Shown: piece by piece, positions 49,223-64,000 of the stretch
Layout: each line of letters begins with the position of its first letter
Position numbering within the stretch: the stretch's first letter is position 1
NCBI GenBank assembly: GCA_030141605.1
Contig: JAQGDQ010000302.1
Coordinates: 1 to 64,000 of the forward strand
Reading direction: 5' to 3'
Source: Tubiluchus corallicola
Taxonomy: Eukaryota > Animalia > Priapulida
Length of the DNA stretch: 64,000 nt
Translations under genes and position numbers: made by a program
The notes under the pieces: generated by a model
Told to the model about the DNA's origin: nothing
Database searches by the model: none
What the model saw: the letters and a program-made list of their open reading frames with translations, nothing else

Positions 49223-51737
49223 AATTATCAAGGCTTTATGCATTATCTTTGTGAAAAGATCTTTAAATATTTTCTCTGTAAAAAAGTAATATCAAGATAT
49301 AATCTTCATAAATAACTCACCTTTGCTGGTACGTCAATTATTTTGGCTATTTTTGTTTCTTGAATTTTGTTAGCCATTGTGTAAGGAACTTAAAACTGGG
49401 TTATATAATACACTCGATTTCTAATCAAACTTTTTTGTGGCGCTTGTACTTTAACTACTATGATTGTAATGATATGTTATATACACTAAGCACACATACA
49501 TGGAGCAAAAACATAGGTATCTGTAACTAAGGCTTCTAGTGTCGTGCTGTAGCAAAACAATTTCCATAAACCTGCTTGAAATGAATTTCACAGTTTGCAA
49601 GTTATTATCCGTAGCCTTGTCGGTTCTTCCAGCAGTAAGTTTACTCAGTTGCTATGGTTGATTTTGTACACAACGTGAAATCTAAAAAATTCTGTGTTCT
49701 CACTACATTTATCGATTGGTCTTTATGCTTGCTTCGGTCAAAGTTCTGACGGTGTACAAGTTTAGCTTGACAATTTCCGGTTCATCTGGAATAATTACGT
49801 CTCTACATAGAATTATACTGAATAAAACGTAAGGGTACATGGGTTTAAGAGATGATTTATTGAGAGATGCCGCTCACTTGAGTTAATAATATTAATGTTC
49901 AGTAGCATTATAACCTAAGGCGTAACCGTTTTCACGAAAGTCTAAAATAAACACTACGTGTACCGTTTCCGATTGCTAGACATTCCCAGGTTTACCGCGG
50001 CGCTACATGCCGCTTCACTGTCTACTGTGGTACAGTGTACTCTCTTCCCACATGCCACTGTACTATGTACAGCAATGCAGTATATGGCATAGTATACAGC
50101 AAGGCAGTACTGTTGCAGTCAGAGCACAACGCTATCGTACACAATGAGGCAGTATGCTGCGCTGCGAATCTCGCATGTAATATTTAATTGAATTTGAAGT
50201 AAGAAACTATGCCATTGCCATTGACATCATAGTACCATCTAATATAAGTAGCTGGCTATAATGGTTTCTTATATTACACTATGTGTCATTATGTGAAATG
50301 GGGTTAATGTTTACATTTGACACTTTTCACTTAAAAATTTGATTGAGCAAAATTTGCCTGACGATAGCTTGAAAAAAGTTGAAACATTGTTAAATTTTCT
50401 AATTGCGTAGAACATGCTATATGCTCTTTTTTTCAAACAATACTACATATAATCCGATTATTGTAACATTGTGCTTCTATCTCTTGTGAAGACTTGTTTA
50501 CTATCTGAAAAAAGTAAGGCTGTCTAAGAACATTTGTAAACGGGTTTGATTTGATCGAATTCATTCTACAGCATAAAGCATGATACACAATATATGTCTG
50601 TTTCCCAGAAAAAGAGTTAGCTTTAGAAAAGAAATGTCCATTAACTAATATATTAAATTGGAAAAAATAATTTTAAAAACTGGATTTGAAAATATAGCCT
50701 ATCTTTTATATTTCATTCAGCATGTGTGGAAGTGATTTTGATTAATTTTTTTTGTGAAATTACCAAATGAAATGCACTACACTGTTCCTTAATTAGCATC
50801 ATGGACAGGACACACACTATTGAAAATCTGTCTGCACCAACTTGTCTAACAGGTTTTTTCTCATCTGCAGCTTGATGAACATGTTTTACCAATTTTGTCA
50901 TACCTAGATTTTTAACAAACTTAACTTTCTGTCTCAGGCAAACTTATCCTGCTCGTATGTGCGGATAGGCAATTTTGCATCAGACCAAACCAGAGTGCTT
51001 AGTTGTTTAGTAAGTGTTTACTGTAACACAGTGTGCTTCATACTAAAGTTGTTATGTGCTGGGAAATTTTGCCCATGTTTCATACAGTTTGTTGCAGACA
51101 GATTTTTTATTGTGTGTGACTAGCATTGTCTACACTGTTAATACATATTAAATAGAGCATGTAACCTGCATGTGATACATGTATTAATATACATGTAGTT
51201 ATACCATTTTGTCCTGCTGCTGCTGCTGTCGAGTAGATTAAATTTAATAAAGACACTTTGGATGTTCTTGCAACCAGATGCTTGTAGACAAAGGCTGTGA
51301 TCCAGCTCTAGTTATTGTTTCAACATTTTTTCTACATCAAGTGAGATCCTACACTTATAAAGTTTTATAGTAAGTTTCTGGTCAACTTACTGTCTTATCA
51401 TGAAAGGTGTCTCTAAGACCTGTTGGTTTCAGTTAGTATCAGATTTTTGTTTTTACTAGACAATGTGGTAGTAGATTTTTGTGTGTTTTCTCTTTGTCTT
51501 GGTCTGTAGCTATTGCCTTGAATAGCCTACTGTCTTACTGGAGGTGTGTTTACTTGTGAGTGCACTTTAGTCTGCATTTGTACTATTATTTTTCAGATAA
51601 TTGTACAACGAGCTATCAGTGTCATGGTGCCATTACTGCAAATGTGATGTAATATTTTTGCGTAATTTTGCTGTAGGTGATCATGTGATTTCAACTGAAA
51701 TACAGCCATCACGCCTGTGTATGAAACAGGTGAAAAG

Positions 51738-54700
51738 ATGAAAGGACTATTACTGAGCAAAAATCACAGTTACATTATATCTCCAACAGATGTCACCACG
51801 ATTGGAAAGTCTGAAGAATGTGACCTGGTCATGACAGTAAGAAGTATATTAAGATTTTATGACTGTGGGGCGAGAAACGTTGTTGAATGGTCATGGTGAA
51901 TCTAGTAATCGAAGTTTAAAATGCTTGGCTTTGTTACTAAATGAATAAGTCACTCATTGGGAGACTGCTGTTAACAGCATAGTTGCATCTGACGTAATGG
52001 TGCTATCTATTTACCTCAGTGAGGCAGGCTATTATGGTTTAGAAAACTCTACCTGCTCAGTGTTTCATCACAGATACTTTAACTTGGTGCTAACTTATGA
52101 TAGTGAGTTAGGCTTTGGTTATGCCACAACAATACATTGTTAGTAGTAGGTCCTGCCAGTGAGCAACAAACTAATGGGCTTAGTCTGCGGACACCTCTTC
52201 TGGCAGTGAGACACAAATTTTTACTTAAAATATTTTTTCTCAAAATTTTAATAGAAAAATGTTTAGATGGTTTCCTTTCTATATTGATCAGTAAAAACAG
52301 CAAAACTGTTTCACATTCTTATACTAATCAAAATTACAATGTAATTGTTACTTGAGGTTATATTTTTCCACATGCCTGCATATGCTGCAATTTGCCAGGG
52401 CTACTTACTGCATTGTACCCAGAAACTTGTCAATGCAGAAGGTTCAGGTGTGATTGTATATGCCTGCAGTAGCTGTTATTGTGGCAATCTGGCTCTATAA
52501 AGAGGCGCGCTGCTATGAAGCACAGCTAACCTTCTAGACCTTTCCAGCAGTACAAAAATTTCGCTACGCATTAGCATAAACTTAAAAAAAAGTATTGTCT
52601 TTCTAACTCATTGATTTGTAGTTGATTTCAAATTATACTAATATAGTTACCATAGCAACTGGCGTTGCCACCCAGTGACCATTTAGTATAAGTTATGTGT
52701 AATATCTTAAAGACTCCACCGTTTAATTATTTTATAACACTCAAAAACACTTTCTTCAGTAGTTAAGCAACATCAGACAAGAAGCACCTAGATGGGTGAG
52801 TCATTTGGCAGAATGATTGTTTCAAGTTGTGTCCTAGCAAAGTGATAATATAGTGAGCCAAACAAAATCCATTCTTAGTGTAGTTCTAAGAAAGACTGAG
52901 AAACAGTATTAACATATGATAAAATTATTTTGCTAGACATCACAGTTTAAATCACTTAACTCCACGTGGTGCTTGGTGTATATGTAGACTACTAATTAAT
53001 GCTATGATTGAGCGTGTAACAATTCAACTGGTGAAAATTCCAACAAAATTGACATTTTAGAACTCTTCAAATATTTGTGGAGCTCTGTGGCCTGTTGCTG
53101 TAACACCCCCCCCCCCTTCTCACAACTACCTCTATCCTAGCTGCTTCTCTAATTGTCTCTGGGCTAGGTCCATCACTGTGATGCCAACTTTTAGTATCCG
53201 AAGTGTCAGATTTAATCGTTATTTATATATGCATTGATTATTTTTTGTTGTAACTTCATGCGAATTGTATGTACATACCCGCAGAAACCATTAAAACAAA
53301 CACTAGTAGTCCAAATTATTAGGACGTTTTTGCTAAAAATACATATTGAAAATGACCTGAATAGTCTGAATATATCCTTTGTGTGTACTGCATATGTGCA
53401 GACCTCAACATTCTCTTCAAACAAAATGGCTACACGTAGGTCAGTTTTTGTAATGAATTACTAATTAACTGACATCAGTTTTATTGCAAGAACAATGTCA
53501 TATGCTTCCTAGCATTTAGCATTAATGGCTTTTTAATTGAACTAATTAATTTGATAATTGATGGGTAGTTGTTGCTTGTAAATAATTGATTAAGCTTTCT
53601 GAAATTGCATTAATGGAACTGTCGACATTTGCAGTTAATAAACATACAATTTGCATTGTGTGCTGATTTGAAAACTGAACATCTCTTTTCAAAGATGCTG
53701 CACTGACAGACTGGTATATGTCTTTTTTGTCTTGGTAGCAAAAGTGATAAGTGATAAGAAAATACATTTACCCGCACTACTAATTTACATACAAGTTTGT
53801 ATGGTCTGCTGATTTTTGTTGGAATATTGTTGTACAGAAGCCAAAATTTAAATTCCAGTTTTTTTTTTTAATGTTTAGATTTGTGTTTTGGGTTTTGGAC
53901 TTAGTTTTACTTTTAGTAGAAACCGCGTAGTTTTGTGTTTGTTTCAGCAGTACCACGCACGGTTTTATTAAGCTACTCTGCTTGTGCTTCTGCTAGTAAA
54001 CATGTCTACCTTACTATCCTCATAGGTGCAATGAGGTGATAATGTAGTTTTATGAATAAGAGCTGTTTTGTAGCTTTAATAACTAAACAACTGAATTAAG
54101 TTTTATAGTAAGACAATTTGTTTTGTAGTGGCATTTGTGCAGTCAAGTTGTTAGAAAGGGATCACTTGCTTTTAATTTCAAGTTCAGATAAGGTATAGCT
54201 GTCTAAAAAATATAAAATGTTAAAAATTGATTGTAACTTGATTTGATTCACACTAGTGACACTCATGAACTTGATCGTAATCAGTTCGCTTCATTTTGGA
54301 AATCAAATTTATTTGCAATTTGGACTAGTCACCAAATCAAAGTCAAAATAAGGCTTATAGAATTAAATCTTCTTTGAGTACTTTTGCAAATCTGTAATGG
54401 ATTCATCAGGTACTTTTACTTACGGTGAAAGTTTAGGAAAGTTTAGATAATATGCGTGATGACGGAAAATATGGCAAAATTTGAAGAGTATATGAAAGTG
54501 TTGCCCTTAAAATGCAGAGAACACCATACTTTTAGTGAATCGGAAAAATTATAATTTGAACTTTTTCTATTTGAGAAGAATGCAAACTTCCAGTTAGTGT
54601 GAATACACTGACAGATTGAAATATAATCAGTTCAGAACATTTGGAGTACTTCAAGTCTGTTTGGTTAGTCTTTTGTGAAATTTGTTTCTGAATCAAAATG

Positions 54701-57700
54701 TTTTAGATCAATTTTAAATTATCAAATTGCTGATTATCACTAATTGCATTTGATTTTTCTAACTACGCAGACGCCTCAAGTTGCTGATGAACATGCTGAG
54801 ATCATGTGGAGTGACACTGATGGAGGTTTTGTGCTGCAAGATCTTGGTTCTTATCATGGAACTTACATCAACGACTGCCGAGTGGAAAATGCTTCTGTAA
54901 GATTAGCTTCGGGTGACTGTGTTCAATTTGGGAAGGATGGTGAAGTGTTTAGTTTTAGCACAGAAACTGATACTGAGTTGGTAGGTATATTTTAAGTGAT
55001 TAGTAAATGCTTGTTTTTTACATATCAGAATGGTATGGCTAATGCTTATTGGCATTGTTCTTTTTGTTGTTCTATGTAGACAGTTTGTTTTGAAGTCACC
55101 ATCCATGGATCATGAGTTCTGGGGTTTCACATTGCATGCTGCATTCTGTAATTTTATAGCTCACTTGAGCTTGTCCGCTACTCAATGGTTGCTCCTAATT
55201 AACATAAATGATTGTCGCAGAACTGGAACCTAGCTTAGAGAGAGTATCTTCTAAGATGAGATACTGAACTCATAGAGGTGTTTAAGCGAAATTCAGATAT
55301 GTTGCATCTTTTGTCAACAAGAGAATTATCTTTGGACAGTCTGACTGATGATATTTACCATCTATAACTGCCAGATTTACCACTGCTTAAACTTGGTTAC
55401 TATGCACAAACTGTAATCACTGAACTGTTTCCTCTGCTATTGATAAGTCTGAATTCTTTATGTTAACTGTGAGCATTTTTGATATTTGTACTTGTGTATT
55501 AACTACTGAAAATGAATTATTATCACAAACAACAGAACTGTGTTGATTTGAAGGAAAGAAGGACCATTCTTAAATCATGGTGTAAAATAATCTATTGTAT
55601 AAAATATTGAAAGTGCAAATATTTGTTTCTTAAGGATGACTTACTTAAAAGAATTATAGCCTCAAAGTGGGCTTAATTTTGCATTTATACAATTAATTTT
55701 TCGCTGTTGTAGACATTTTAAGATTTCCTAGTTAGATGGCAACAATATCTGAATCTCGAAAACTCATTGCACAAAAATAGTCACTGCAGCTGATCTTTCA
55801 CATTCCACATTTGAAAGGTACATGGCACATAAAATTCACATTCGTGAAACCACAGAGAAGAACTTAGAATTTATTACGTGTGAATCGTAGTCAAAGCTGT
55901 ACAGTAACACTCATTGCTAACTATAGGTGTTAAAATGTACACTTTTTACCATATTTCAAAATGGGGTAAGATCTAAAAAAGTCGTCATGTTTTATTTTAA
56001 TTTTCGTCTTTTACATAGCGCCTTTTTCAAAATACTCCATCAAAATTGAAAATTTCTTTCTGTTTTACATTTCATGTTTGCAGAGAGGTCATCAGATTAA
56101 TAGTGCACCTATTTATAACTTTAGTTTTTGTTTCTGGCTAAATGACATTCGCTACTCTATATTAATTATTGGCTATTTACTACACCTGTATTATTAAGAA
56201 AAGACAGAACAATATGGCATAGACAAACCATTAGCAAACTAAAATATATGTTGTCTTCATAAAATTGTGCCATGCTGTCATCCAAGTGAGAAGAATAATG
56301 CATACAAATGACATTTCGGTTTATTTTCATAACTCTGGGACAAAGGCAGATTAGTGACTGTGAAGGTTTGTGAGAATGTGTACTGTAACCTTGTTTGGTT
56401 ATGTTAACTGACTGCGATGTAATCCCCAGTTTTTTGGAGTCCTCATCTTGTAAGTTAATATTTAAACTTTGTAAAGAACTTGGTTGTATTTGTGTACACT
56501 CGTTTGTTTCTCTCGAGGTATGTGCATTATACTCATGATACTTTGGAATGAATGCTATTGTTGGTTAATGATTAATTACATCTGGAGTGTTTAGAAATAG
56601 GAAAGACTTGGCATAGGCCTACTTTCAACAATAAAATTTTCAATAAATTGATATGTGGGGCTCCTTCAAACTCTCCCATGCAGCTGTGCAACTCCAATAA
56701 ATATTTTTTATTTAGCAAGATTGGGCATCAGTTTCTGCACGTCTGTAAGTAGACAGATGCATTGGAATTTAAGCATTGTGTTATTGTATGTATGAGAGCT
56801 GAACATTTCCATATCTTACTCTTTTCTTTTTAGCTACCAGTAGCGAGATATCGTAACTCTTATCAGCCGCTGACTTTTCTTGATGCTGACGGTGGTGTTG
56901 CATCAGCAGCTGACTCAGCGCTACCTCAGCTTCGCATCTCCAACAGCAGACCTGAGTCTAGTAGTAGCTTGACATCTCTGGAAAGGGTTGCTAATAATGG
57001 GCCAATCATGCAGCAGCCAGCTAGAGCAAATCTTAGCTCACCATCAGTGGGAAGACATACGATTAGCAGCATCAATAAATCAATACAGCTGAAGCAAGCA
57101 TGGACACCGCAGTTACTTTGTCCAAAACTTGTAAGTTATATGCAGTTATGTCATATGTATATGTACACATACTGTAACTACTTTTTTGTAGTATTATTGT
57201 TTAATCTGCAAATTAAGAGAGGCATACTTAAAGTTTGAGCAAAATACGCTGAAACACAATATGGCGCAGCAAAAGATGCTCAAATGCAAAGTACATGGCT
57301 AAGTAAATAGTAAAAATTTAGCCTAAAGTTTTATAATACATATTCTAATATGTGAATACAAATTTAGAAGTTCAAAAAGGAGTTGCGTAATTTTCTTAAT
57401 TACTTATATCATAGCGGCAATTGGTTGGCTGAAATGCGAAATACATGTAGCACTAAGACCAGAAAAAAATATACGAATATTTGGCAGACACAATAACACA
57501 AAGTAGACATTAACTCACACATTAAGCTTTGCTACGTCAGTGTCTACACACACACCTTATACCTGCCCTAAACTGCTGTTACCTGGTGCCACCATTTTTG
57601 AAATTCAGAAAAAATCCCCACGTATGCCCTTATGCAGTTTGTGATATGCAGTTCATTTGTGCCATTAGCTACTAAACAGTAGCATTTAAATATTAAATGG

Positions 57701-60700
57701 TTGAGGCTGATCCAAAACTTTGTTCACTGGCAAGGATAATTCTCTATATTGAGATTCTCAATTGACCTGGTATATTGGAACCTAAATAACCTCCAGCTAT
57801 TTCTATCCTTGAGAGACGATGTATGTATGTACCTGGATGTGGATGAGACAATCTGCTGATTTTATCCTAGAAGAATATTTTTTTAATGAGATAGGTTCTG
57901 CTCTGTTTGCATACCCACCAACATCAGTGAATTTTGAGTAATTGTTGGCTTGTCAAACTGTATGAAATATTTAAAGAAAACATTGTTAGCCAGCCAGAAT
58001 AAAAATGCAACTTTGTACGGTCTCGTCGACTATGCCTTTTGAAATTAATGTGCTATTGTAATGAAATACTGTAACGAATTTCGAAATAAGTGATAATGAA
58101 TGAATAAGTGTGGCTTTATTTGGTGTAACAAGACAATCAGAATGGCGGCAAGTTTATCATTAATCCAAAAAGATTAGTAAAAGTTGAGTCTCGTTTGTAT
58201 GTCTATGTACTCAAACTTGCTGCTGTAATTGCAATCCTCCTATTTAGCATTACTTGTAGCATGATGCGTGAGAACAAAGCATAATTTTTGTTTAATGTTA
58301 ATTGATTTTTACTGATACTGATTCTGATTTTCTTTCTTTTCTGCAGTGTTTAAAATAATATCTAATGATTCACACAATGCTGCTTAAAATTAGTTATTAG
58401 AATTAGATAGTAGAATCACACAGTCTGCATAATCTCTTGTGATTAATCCTTCAATTTTTATGTTTTTAGAGCATTTCTGTGTGAGCTGAGATTTTTTCTT
58501 TTTTTGATTCTATGTCAATTTGTATCCTATATTATTACTGAAAAGAACCTAAACAGTAAATGCACTTTGCAGTTTTTTGTTTTTTGTAAGTTGTTAGATT
58601 CCTTCACTTTTCTTGCCTGGGGACCTTATCCATCGTCCCAGCATCCATCTTACATCATCGGTCACATCTTACATCATCACCATTCACAATTTGAGTTTAA
58701 GTCAGTTATACCTGAATCACTTGGGGTAGTCTTGAGATTTTTGGCATGCCAGGGTAATTTTACGACAAGGTAATGGTCAAGGTTGAAGATGATTCCAATG
58801 GCATATCCAGAACATGGGTAAACAGATAGGAGCATCAAGAGCTGCAAAGTAGTGGTGGGCATCGTGGGAGAATTAGAGTCACCTCATTGCGCACTATTTA
58901 CAGTAACCTGTCGCCAATTGACAATCCAACAATAACGAAAATGTCGCCAAGGGGAAGAGCTGAAATGTCCTGCATTGGTTTTGATAACTCCTAGCATTCT
59001 ATATTAATTGTATTTCATCAATAGTTTTTTCTTTATGAGTGATTTCCTGAAATTGTACTAATCAACTGTGGAGTTTGTATGTCCAAAATTAATAATCTCT
59101 TAGGAATTTCAAGGTCATTTGCTTTTTGCAGAATAATAGCTACACGGCTTTGAGTTCCGTTGAACATCTTGCTCAGTCTGCAGCTTCACTTCATTCTAAC
59201 TCAACAGGTAGAACTGTTACTATAGCAACTAATCGCTCCCCAGACGAAAATTTGGAGCTGAATAAGAAGTATTTACCAGGTGTAGAAATGCACAGTTCAG
59301 GTATATACAAGGCATATTATTGATTTACTCTGTTTATAGCCCACGATTGTAGCTTAATTAAATCACGGAGGGAAACAAACCTGGTACAGCTAAAGTATAT
59401 GATCCATATTTTAATGTTCTTGTTAGTATGCAAATGCATATAATTGCTTATACTTTTAAATTGTTTACCATTAAATTTATTCCCAGTTTAAGTATTATTT
59501 TAAATGTTACAGTAATATTAAAAGTAATAAAAGCTGAGAGCACTGCAGTTGCTTACCTAGTTATCTACTGGAAAAGTTTGTCAGGGATTTCTTCCAGTTT
59601 AAGACCCCACACAGACACTATTTTTCATTGTGCAACCAAAAATTGAATCAATTTTACTGATGCACCAAAATCAGAAATGCAGACATGCAATTTTAAATTG
59701 AGCAACTGGTGCTGTATTTGTGCTTTATTAATTCGTAAAAAAATGAATAGACAGGAAAAATTGGGCCTCATTAACTAGCCAGCCATTACCGAAAAGGCAA
59801 TTACAAGATTCCTGACGACTTACAGACGCATCCGAGTAAATTCTTTAGTTGTTATTGGATGAGTCTAAATAGTTTTGATGAACTGCTGAATATTTTTTTG
59901 GTTTTGCATTACTTATTTCGATGTCAAGTGGTGTTAAAGCAGTACCTCAAAGACTCTCGTTTTTGGGTTTCTCTTAATGCATGGTCTATGTAAGCTTACA
60001 TGTGCATTCTATGTAAACTTAGATGTGCATTCAATATAAACTTACATGTGCATATTTTATAATGAAATCTATGCAGCCGTAGTATACTGGCATGCATTAA
60101 CTTGAGAACAAAAATTGCATAAAAAGTGAATGCGTGCAAGCACCTATGCAGCTCAAGAACTTGAAATCCAAGTACAAATGTATTTTAGCGATATCACTTC
60201 ATATGAAAAGGTTAACTTATTTTGTCATGTGAATTTTATTCAGTTTGTATATTTCCTGGCAAGGAATTTGAACATTTTTTAAGGCTTGTTTAATTGACAC
60301 ACTGCGCAATGAAGTGCGGGAGCCTGAGTGACCGATCAGAAGCATAATTATAAGCGGTGTCTGTCATTGTGATAGGCCGCACTAGTAGGAAAAAATCAGC
60401 AGCTGGCAGCAGAAATGTGTTGATTGTATCGAGATATCGTCGCATGTGCTCTTCACATTCAGAACTTCATATTTTGGTCTCCAGTTTCTGAATTTGCCAG
60501 TGAATGTCTTAAAAGATGGTTGCAAAGAAGTGTTAGAATGATTTATCTTCATTAATTTCTTTTTCTTTTTTCTCTTTTGTATATTTAATGTGCCACTTCA
60601 TAAGACACTACCTTCTTCTTACACTTAATTATTGAGTTTAGCTAAAAGTTGTGCAAATAAAAATTGCATGTCTGTGTGCTCTCACTGAAAGCAGCACAAT

Positions 60701-63066
60701 ACAGTTGCGCAACCGCAAGTTTGATCCCATGTTGTAACTTTTAGTAGCACATGCTTGAGCGCTATAAGTATCTTACTTTATCTTTGAGTATTTTAAGAAT
60801 CTTTGAGTATAAGACATGCATGATCTCTAGCATAGTTTATTTAAATTTTTCTATCTGCTTTCAATTTATTTTTTCGCCAGCTTGGTGCCCCCTGAGCCTT
60901 GTGCCCTAAGCATGTACTTAGCCTGCTTATGAGTTGATCTGGCCCTGGCTATAAGACGGTAGAAGACTGCAGTAAGTTTCTTTCATTACAGCAACACATT
61001 ATGAGCACAGCAGGGGTAAGTGGAAACCGTTGCGTTCCAGCAGCGTTCCGTCAGAAGCCGATATTCTCCGCAGAGATGCCCATCTTGCACAGTTACAAGA
61101 TGAGATTTGGTCTCTTCAAGAGATTTTAGGTGACAATGGAATGCAGGGTCCCGGGTACATGGATTTATTCAACCGGCTTGGAGCATTGGAGGATGAGGTG
61201 CATAAAGCTCGATCTGATGTTAGTAAACTAGCAGAGCAGGTACTGTATATATTATTCAATCATAATGATTGCAGTAAACAGGTAGATGGTACAAGATGCT
61301 AAACTGACATTCATTTATTGCTAACACACATATTACTAAAGTTCTAATTGCAAACTGCATATTTTTGAAGAATATCCCAAAACCTTTTTTTTGTTTACCA
61401 TATATACGTGTGTACCTTATGTGCAACTTGATGCAAAGTCTTAAAATGTACATCATTTTATATATTACCTGTGTACAAGTCGACCATAAAATATTAAGAT
61501 CTTCCAGAGTAAATGATGTCAACAATGATATCATCCTCTGCGTAGTTGTGTTTTATATACGCGTGTATGCTGGTAATCGATATTTTGACAATAAAACACG
61601 CGTATACAAGGCCAGGTAAAACTTCCCGCAGAAGCCGACAGGCAGCAGCACCTGCACAACATTGGCGATTTCCATGTTCTGATTGAGTGCTCCGTCGCTA
61701 GTTTATTTGCCGGTAATATGTAAATTTTAACTTAATTTCACATACATTAAAATAAATTGCAGTAATATTTGTTAAATTTGTGAAGTAATGTCAAGATGCG
61801 AACATTCTCTGATGTGAAGTATCACAGTATGAGTGTCCATTCAGTTCAGTGTATAATGAAGGATTATTTCTCTACGTATTCGTATTGTAGACGATTCTTT
61901 AGCGATATCTCCCAAAAACATATCGTAAGTATGTCGACCCCAAAAATTTCACCTTAAAATCGCCTCCCAAAAATTCGACTTGTACATGCAGTAAATGTGA
62001 CAATCGTTGTATCTAAATTAGTAATGCTTTTATCAAGATCATTTATAAAGTCGAACCTAGACTGATCTGAAATAGAAACTGAATTTTATTACTTTACAAA
62101 AATTGCAAAAGTTTGTCATGGAATTGCTTGACCATGACATGAGCATGATTTTTGTTGACTCGGTTTTGGCTAAATGGCTAAGGCTGGTGTTTGCCAGCTC
62201 CCCAGAAGACTGAATGAATTATCAGAAAACATTGATTCTCCGTTTGCTTCACGGGGTAGTTCAAAATTGTGGTCAGTAAAATTCTGTTTAGACAGAGCGA
62301 TGTTTTGAGTAACAGTATGAAATACTGGCAAGTTCTAGTAAATTTATCAAGTACCACTATTAAGAAGCATTTTTCCAGTTTTCGTATACTTCCCTAATGT
62401 TTTTTCACTATTACAACAAAGATGCAGTTTTGACAGGCTTATTTGCTAAACTGCAACCTACTCTCATTCTCATGGATTTTGGTGGATTTTTGTTGCTATG
62501 ATATGCAATAAATCAAAAACCTAAACACAGCTTTGTGCATCCTGAAACTAAGGAATTGAGCCTGGTCAGTTTCTTGTAAAACGGCTGATTCTTCTACTTT
62601 TGGACCATGCTGTTTTCAGAGTAGGATAAATGATTTTTGGTGCTAGTTACTGATTAATCAAGATGTTGAGGCTAAAGTCCTTCGTTAAACCGTTCAACTT
62701 TCCAAAAAAGTTTTCCGTTTAGAAAATTCAGATTAGTGCTATACTTGTGTGTTTTAGTTATGTGTTTTTTTTGCGCTCTTGATTACATTTTTGCTCGCTA
62801 CTTTTTTACTATTTAATTGTTGTCTATATCAGGTTGTTAATCAGAGGAATAGTAGGATAAACGACATCACCCAGCAAACGCAGCAGATGAAGATTGAAGT
62901 TGAAAAGCTTTCTACGGAACGAAACAATCTTGCACAACTTACTGGGGAGCTTCAATTAGATGTGACCAATAAAAACAAGCGTATAAGTCACATGACCGAA
63001 GAGTTAGAAAATGTTAATCTTAAGCTTGCAGAGCAAGAAGGTGACATCATTGACTTGAACTCTAGG
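51738..63066 (+). CDS. FHAD1: Forkhead-associated domain-containing protein 1-like, 5' portion (continues beyond the window). Exons 51738-51836, 54771-54980, 56834-57130, 59132-59300, 60992-61239, 62833-63066
   Basis: N-terminal FHA domain (MKGLL..TTIGKSEECDLV|..HAEI..FVLQDLGSYHGTYINDC..VRLASGDCVQFG), then an S/P-rich linker and coiled-coil exons. Splice phases 0,0,0,1,0 are mutually compatible. Confidence 0.85.
61455..62000. mobile_element. Degenerate MITE in an FHAD1 intron
   Basis: Inverted ends tgtgtacaagtcga / tcgacttgtaca and an internal gtcgacccc repeat; TSD not resolved. Confidence 0.5.
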
Positions 63067-64000
63067 GTAAAAATCTATTGATGAAATCAACGTATTTTTA
63101 TGATATAATAGTGATGAAAATGGTGGGTGCTTGAAGCAAAACAAAAAGTATCAATGAAAAATAGTTTGTGTTTGAAGTAAATCAAAATGTTTTGACAAAA
63201 ATAAACAAAGGCATGAGGAAAGAAAGACAAAAATACAACCAGATAAAGTTGGTATAATAGACTCGACAAGTCATGATTGTGGAACGTATGAAAAAAACAA
63301 TACTACGACTAACAGACTATGTACACAAAGAAAGAGGAAAAAATCATGACGAAAGTAGTAATATGAAGTAAAAAATAAATCATGATTCATTACAACTGAT
63401 TAGTAAATTAAATTAAAAGAAGGTAATGTGAACTATAATGTCTAAAAATGTATGTGCATGAAATTAGACAGAAAGCTGTGACTAATAAATATAGCTGCAC
63501 AATGTGGGACAAAAAGTCGTTAGCAAAAGGGATGTGTACAATCTGCTTCTCATTCACCGAGTACCACTTAAAACCTCAAGAGTGCACCTTGTGAGAAAAT
63601 CAATTTTCTTAGATTTATTTTGTTTTAGTACTTCTGTTTATTAATTTCTTTTATTTTTATCCTAACATGAAGTTCATTTGTGGAGATTGTTTGCTAGAAA
63701 AAGAGTAAGTTGCTGGATTTATGAAAGTAAATGCTATATAGCAGTGCTGCCAATGATGTACACTTCAATGTAGAATTGTTTAAACAGTTCAACACATTGT
63801 GAGTTGTGATCCAGCATTAAATGGCAGGGTCTGCTAATAATATAGACAATCCCGGTAGGGCTAACAGACATTACAACATCAAGAACTGTCATTCTAAAAA
63901 AATACTATGGTGGCTGAACTGTCCCAGTTGCCCTTTGGTGAGTAAAATAGCTAGGTGCAGTACGGCAACTGAAACAGCTTTCCCAGTGGTCACCCATTCA

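Noticed and set aside
48544-49243. 124-158-aa ORFs and a poly-Asn ORF
   Set aside because: They derive from caatattg-type subrepeats, a hAT MITE end and a (TTA)n microsatellite.
58590-58960. Coding-looking stretch in FHAD1 intron 3
   Set aside because: I found no stop-free, phase-compatible exon, and the flanking exons join in frame without it.

Overview
AT-rich, intron- and microsatellite-rich animal (invertebrate-like) genomic DNA. Five protein-coding units were reconstructed by hand from splice signals and reading phase. (1) A minus-strand ammonium transporter (Amt; 11 core exons, 28447->6467) with two duplicated 69-nt cassette exons in its last intron and unusual pore substitutions. (2) An intronless TFIIIC subunit 4 gene (GTF3C4). 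(3) A 62-aa single-TM small ORF 102 nt upstream of GTF3C4. (4) A 4-exon DJ-1/PARK7 gene. (5) The 5' part of a plus-strand FHAD1 gene, head-to-head with DJ-1. The most notable inference is that DJ-1, the small ORF and GTF3C4 may form one polycistronic, operon-like transcription unit. A GTAAGT donor 34 nt after the DJ-1 stop can join a strong acceptor at 39718 across a TE-filled 4.25-kb gap, and an AATAAA plus an AG sit just before the GTF3C4 ATG. The rest is non-autonomous DNA transposons (hAT, including a triple-nested stack; Harbinger-, piggyBac-, Tc1/mariner- and Kolobok-type), CR1/L2-type LINE fragments, Penelope-like remnants with hammerhead-like motifs, a 5S-derived SINE-like fragment, tandem duplications and microsatellites. 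Most short ORFs in the supplied track are spurious.
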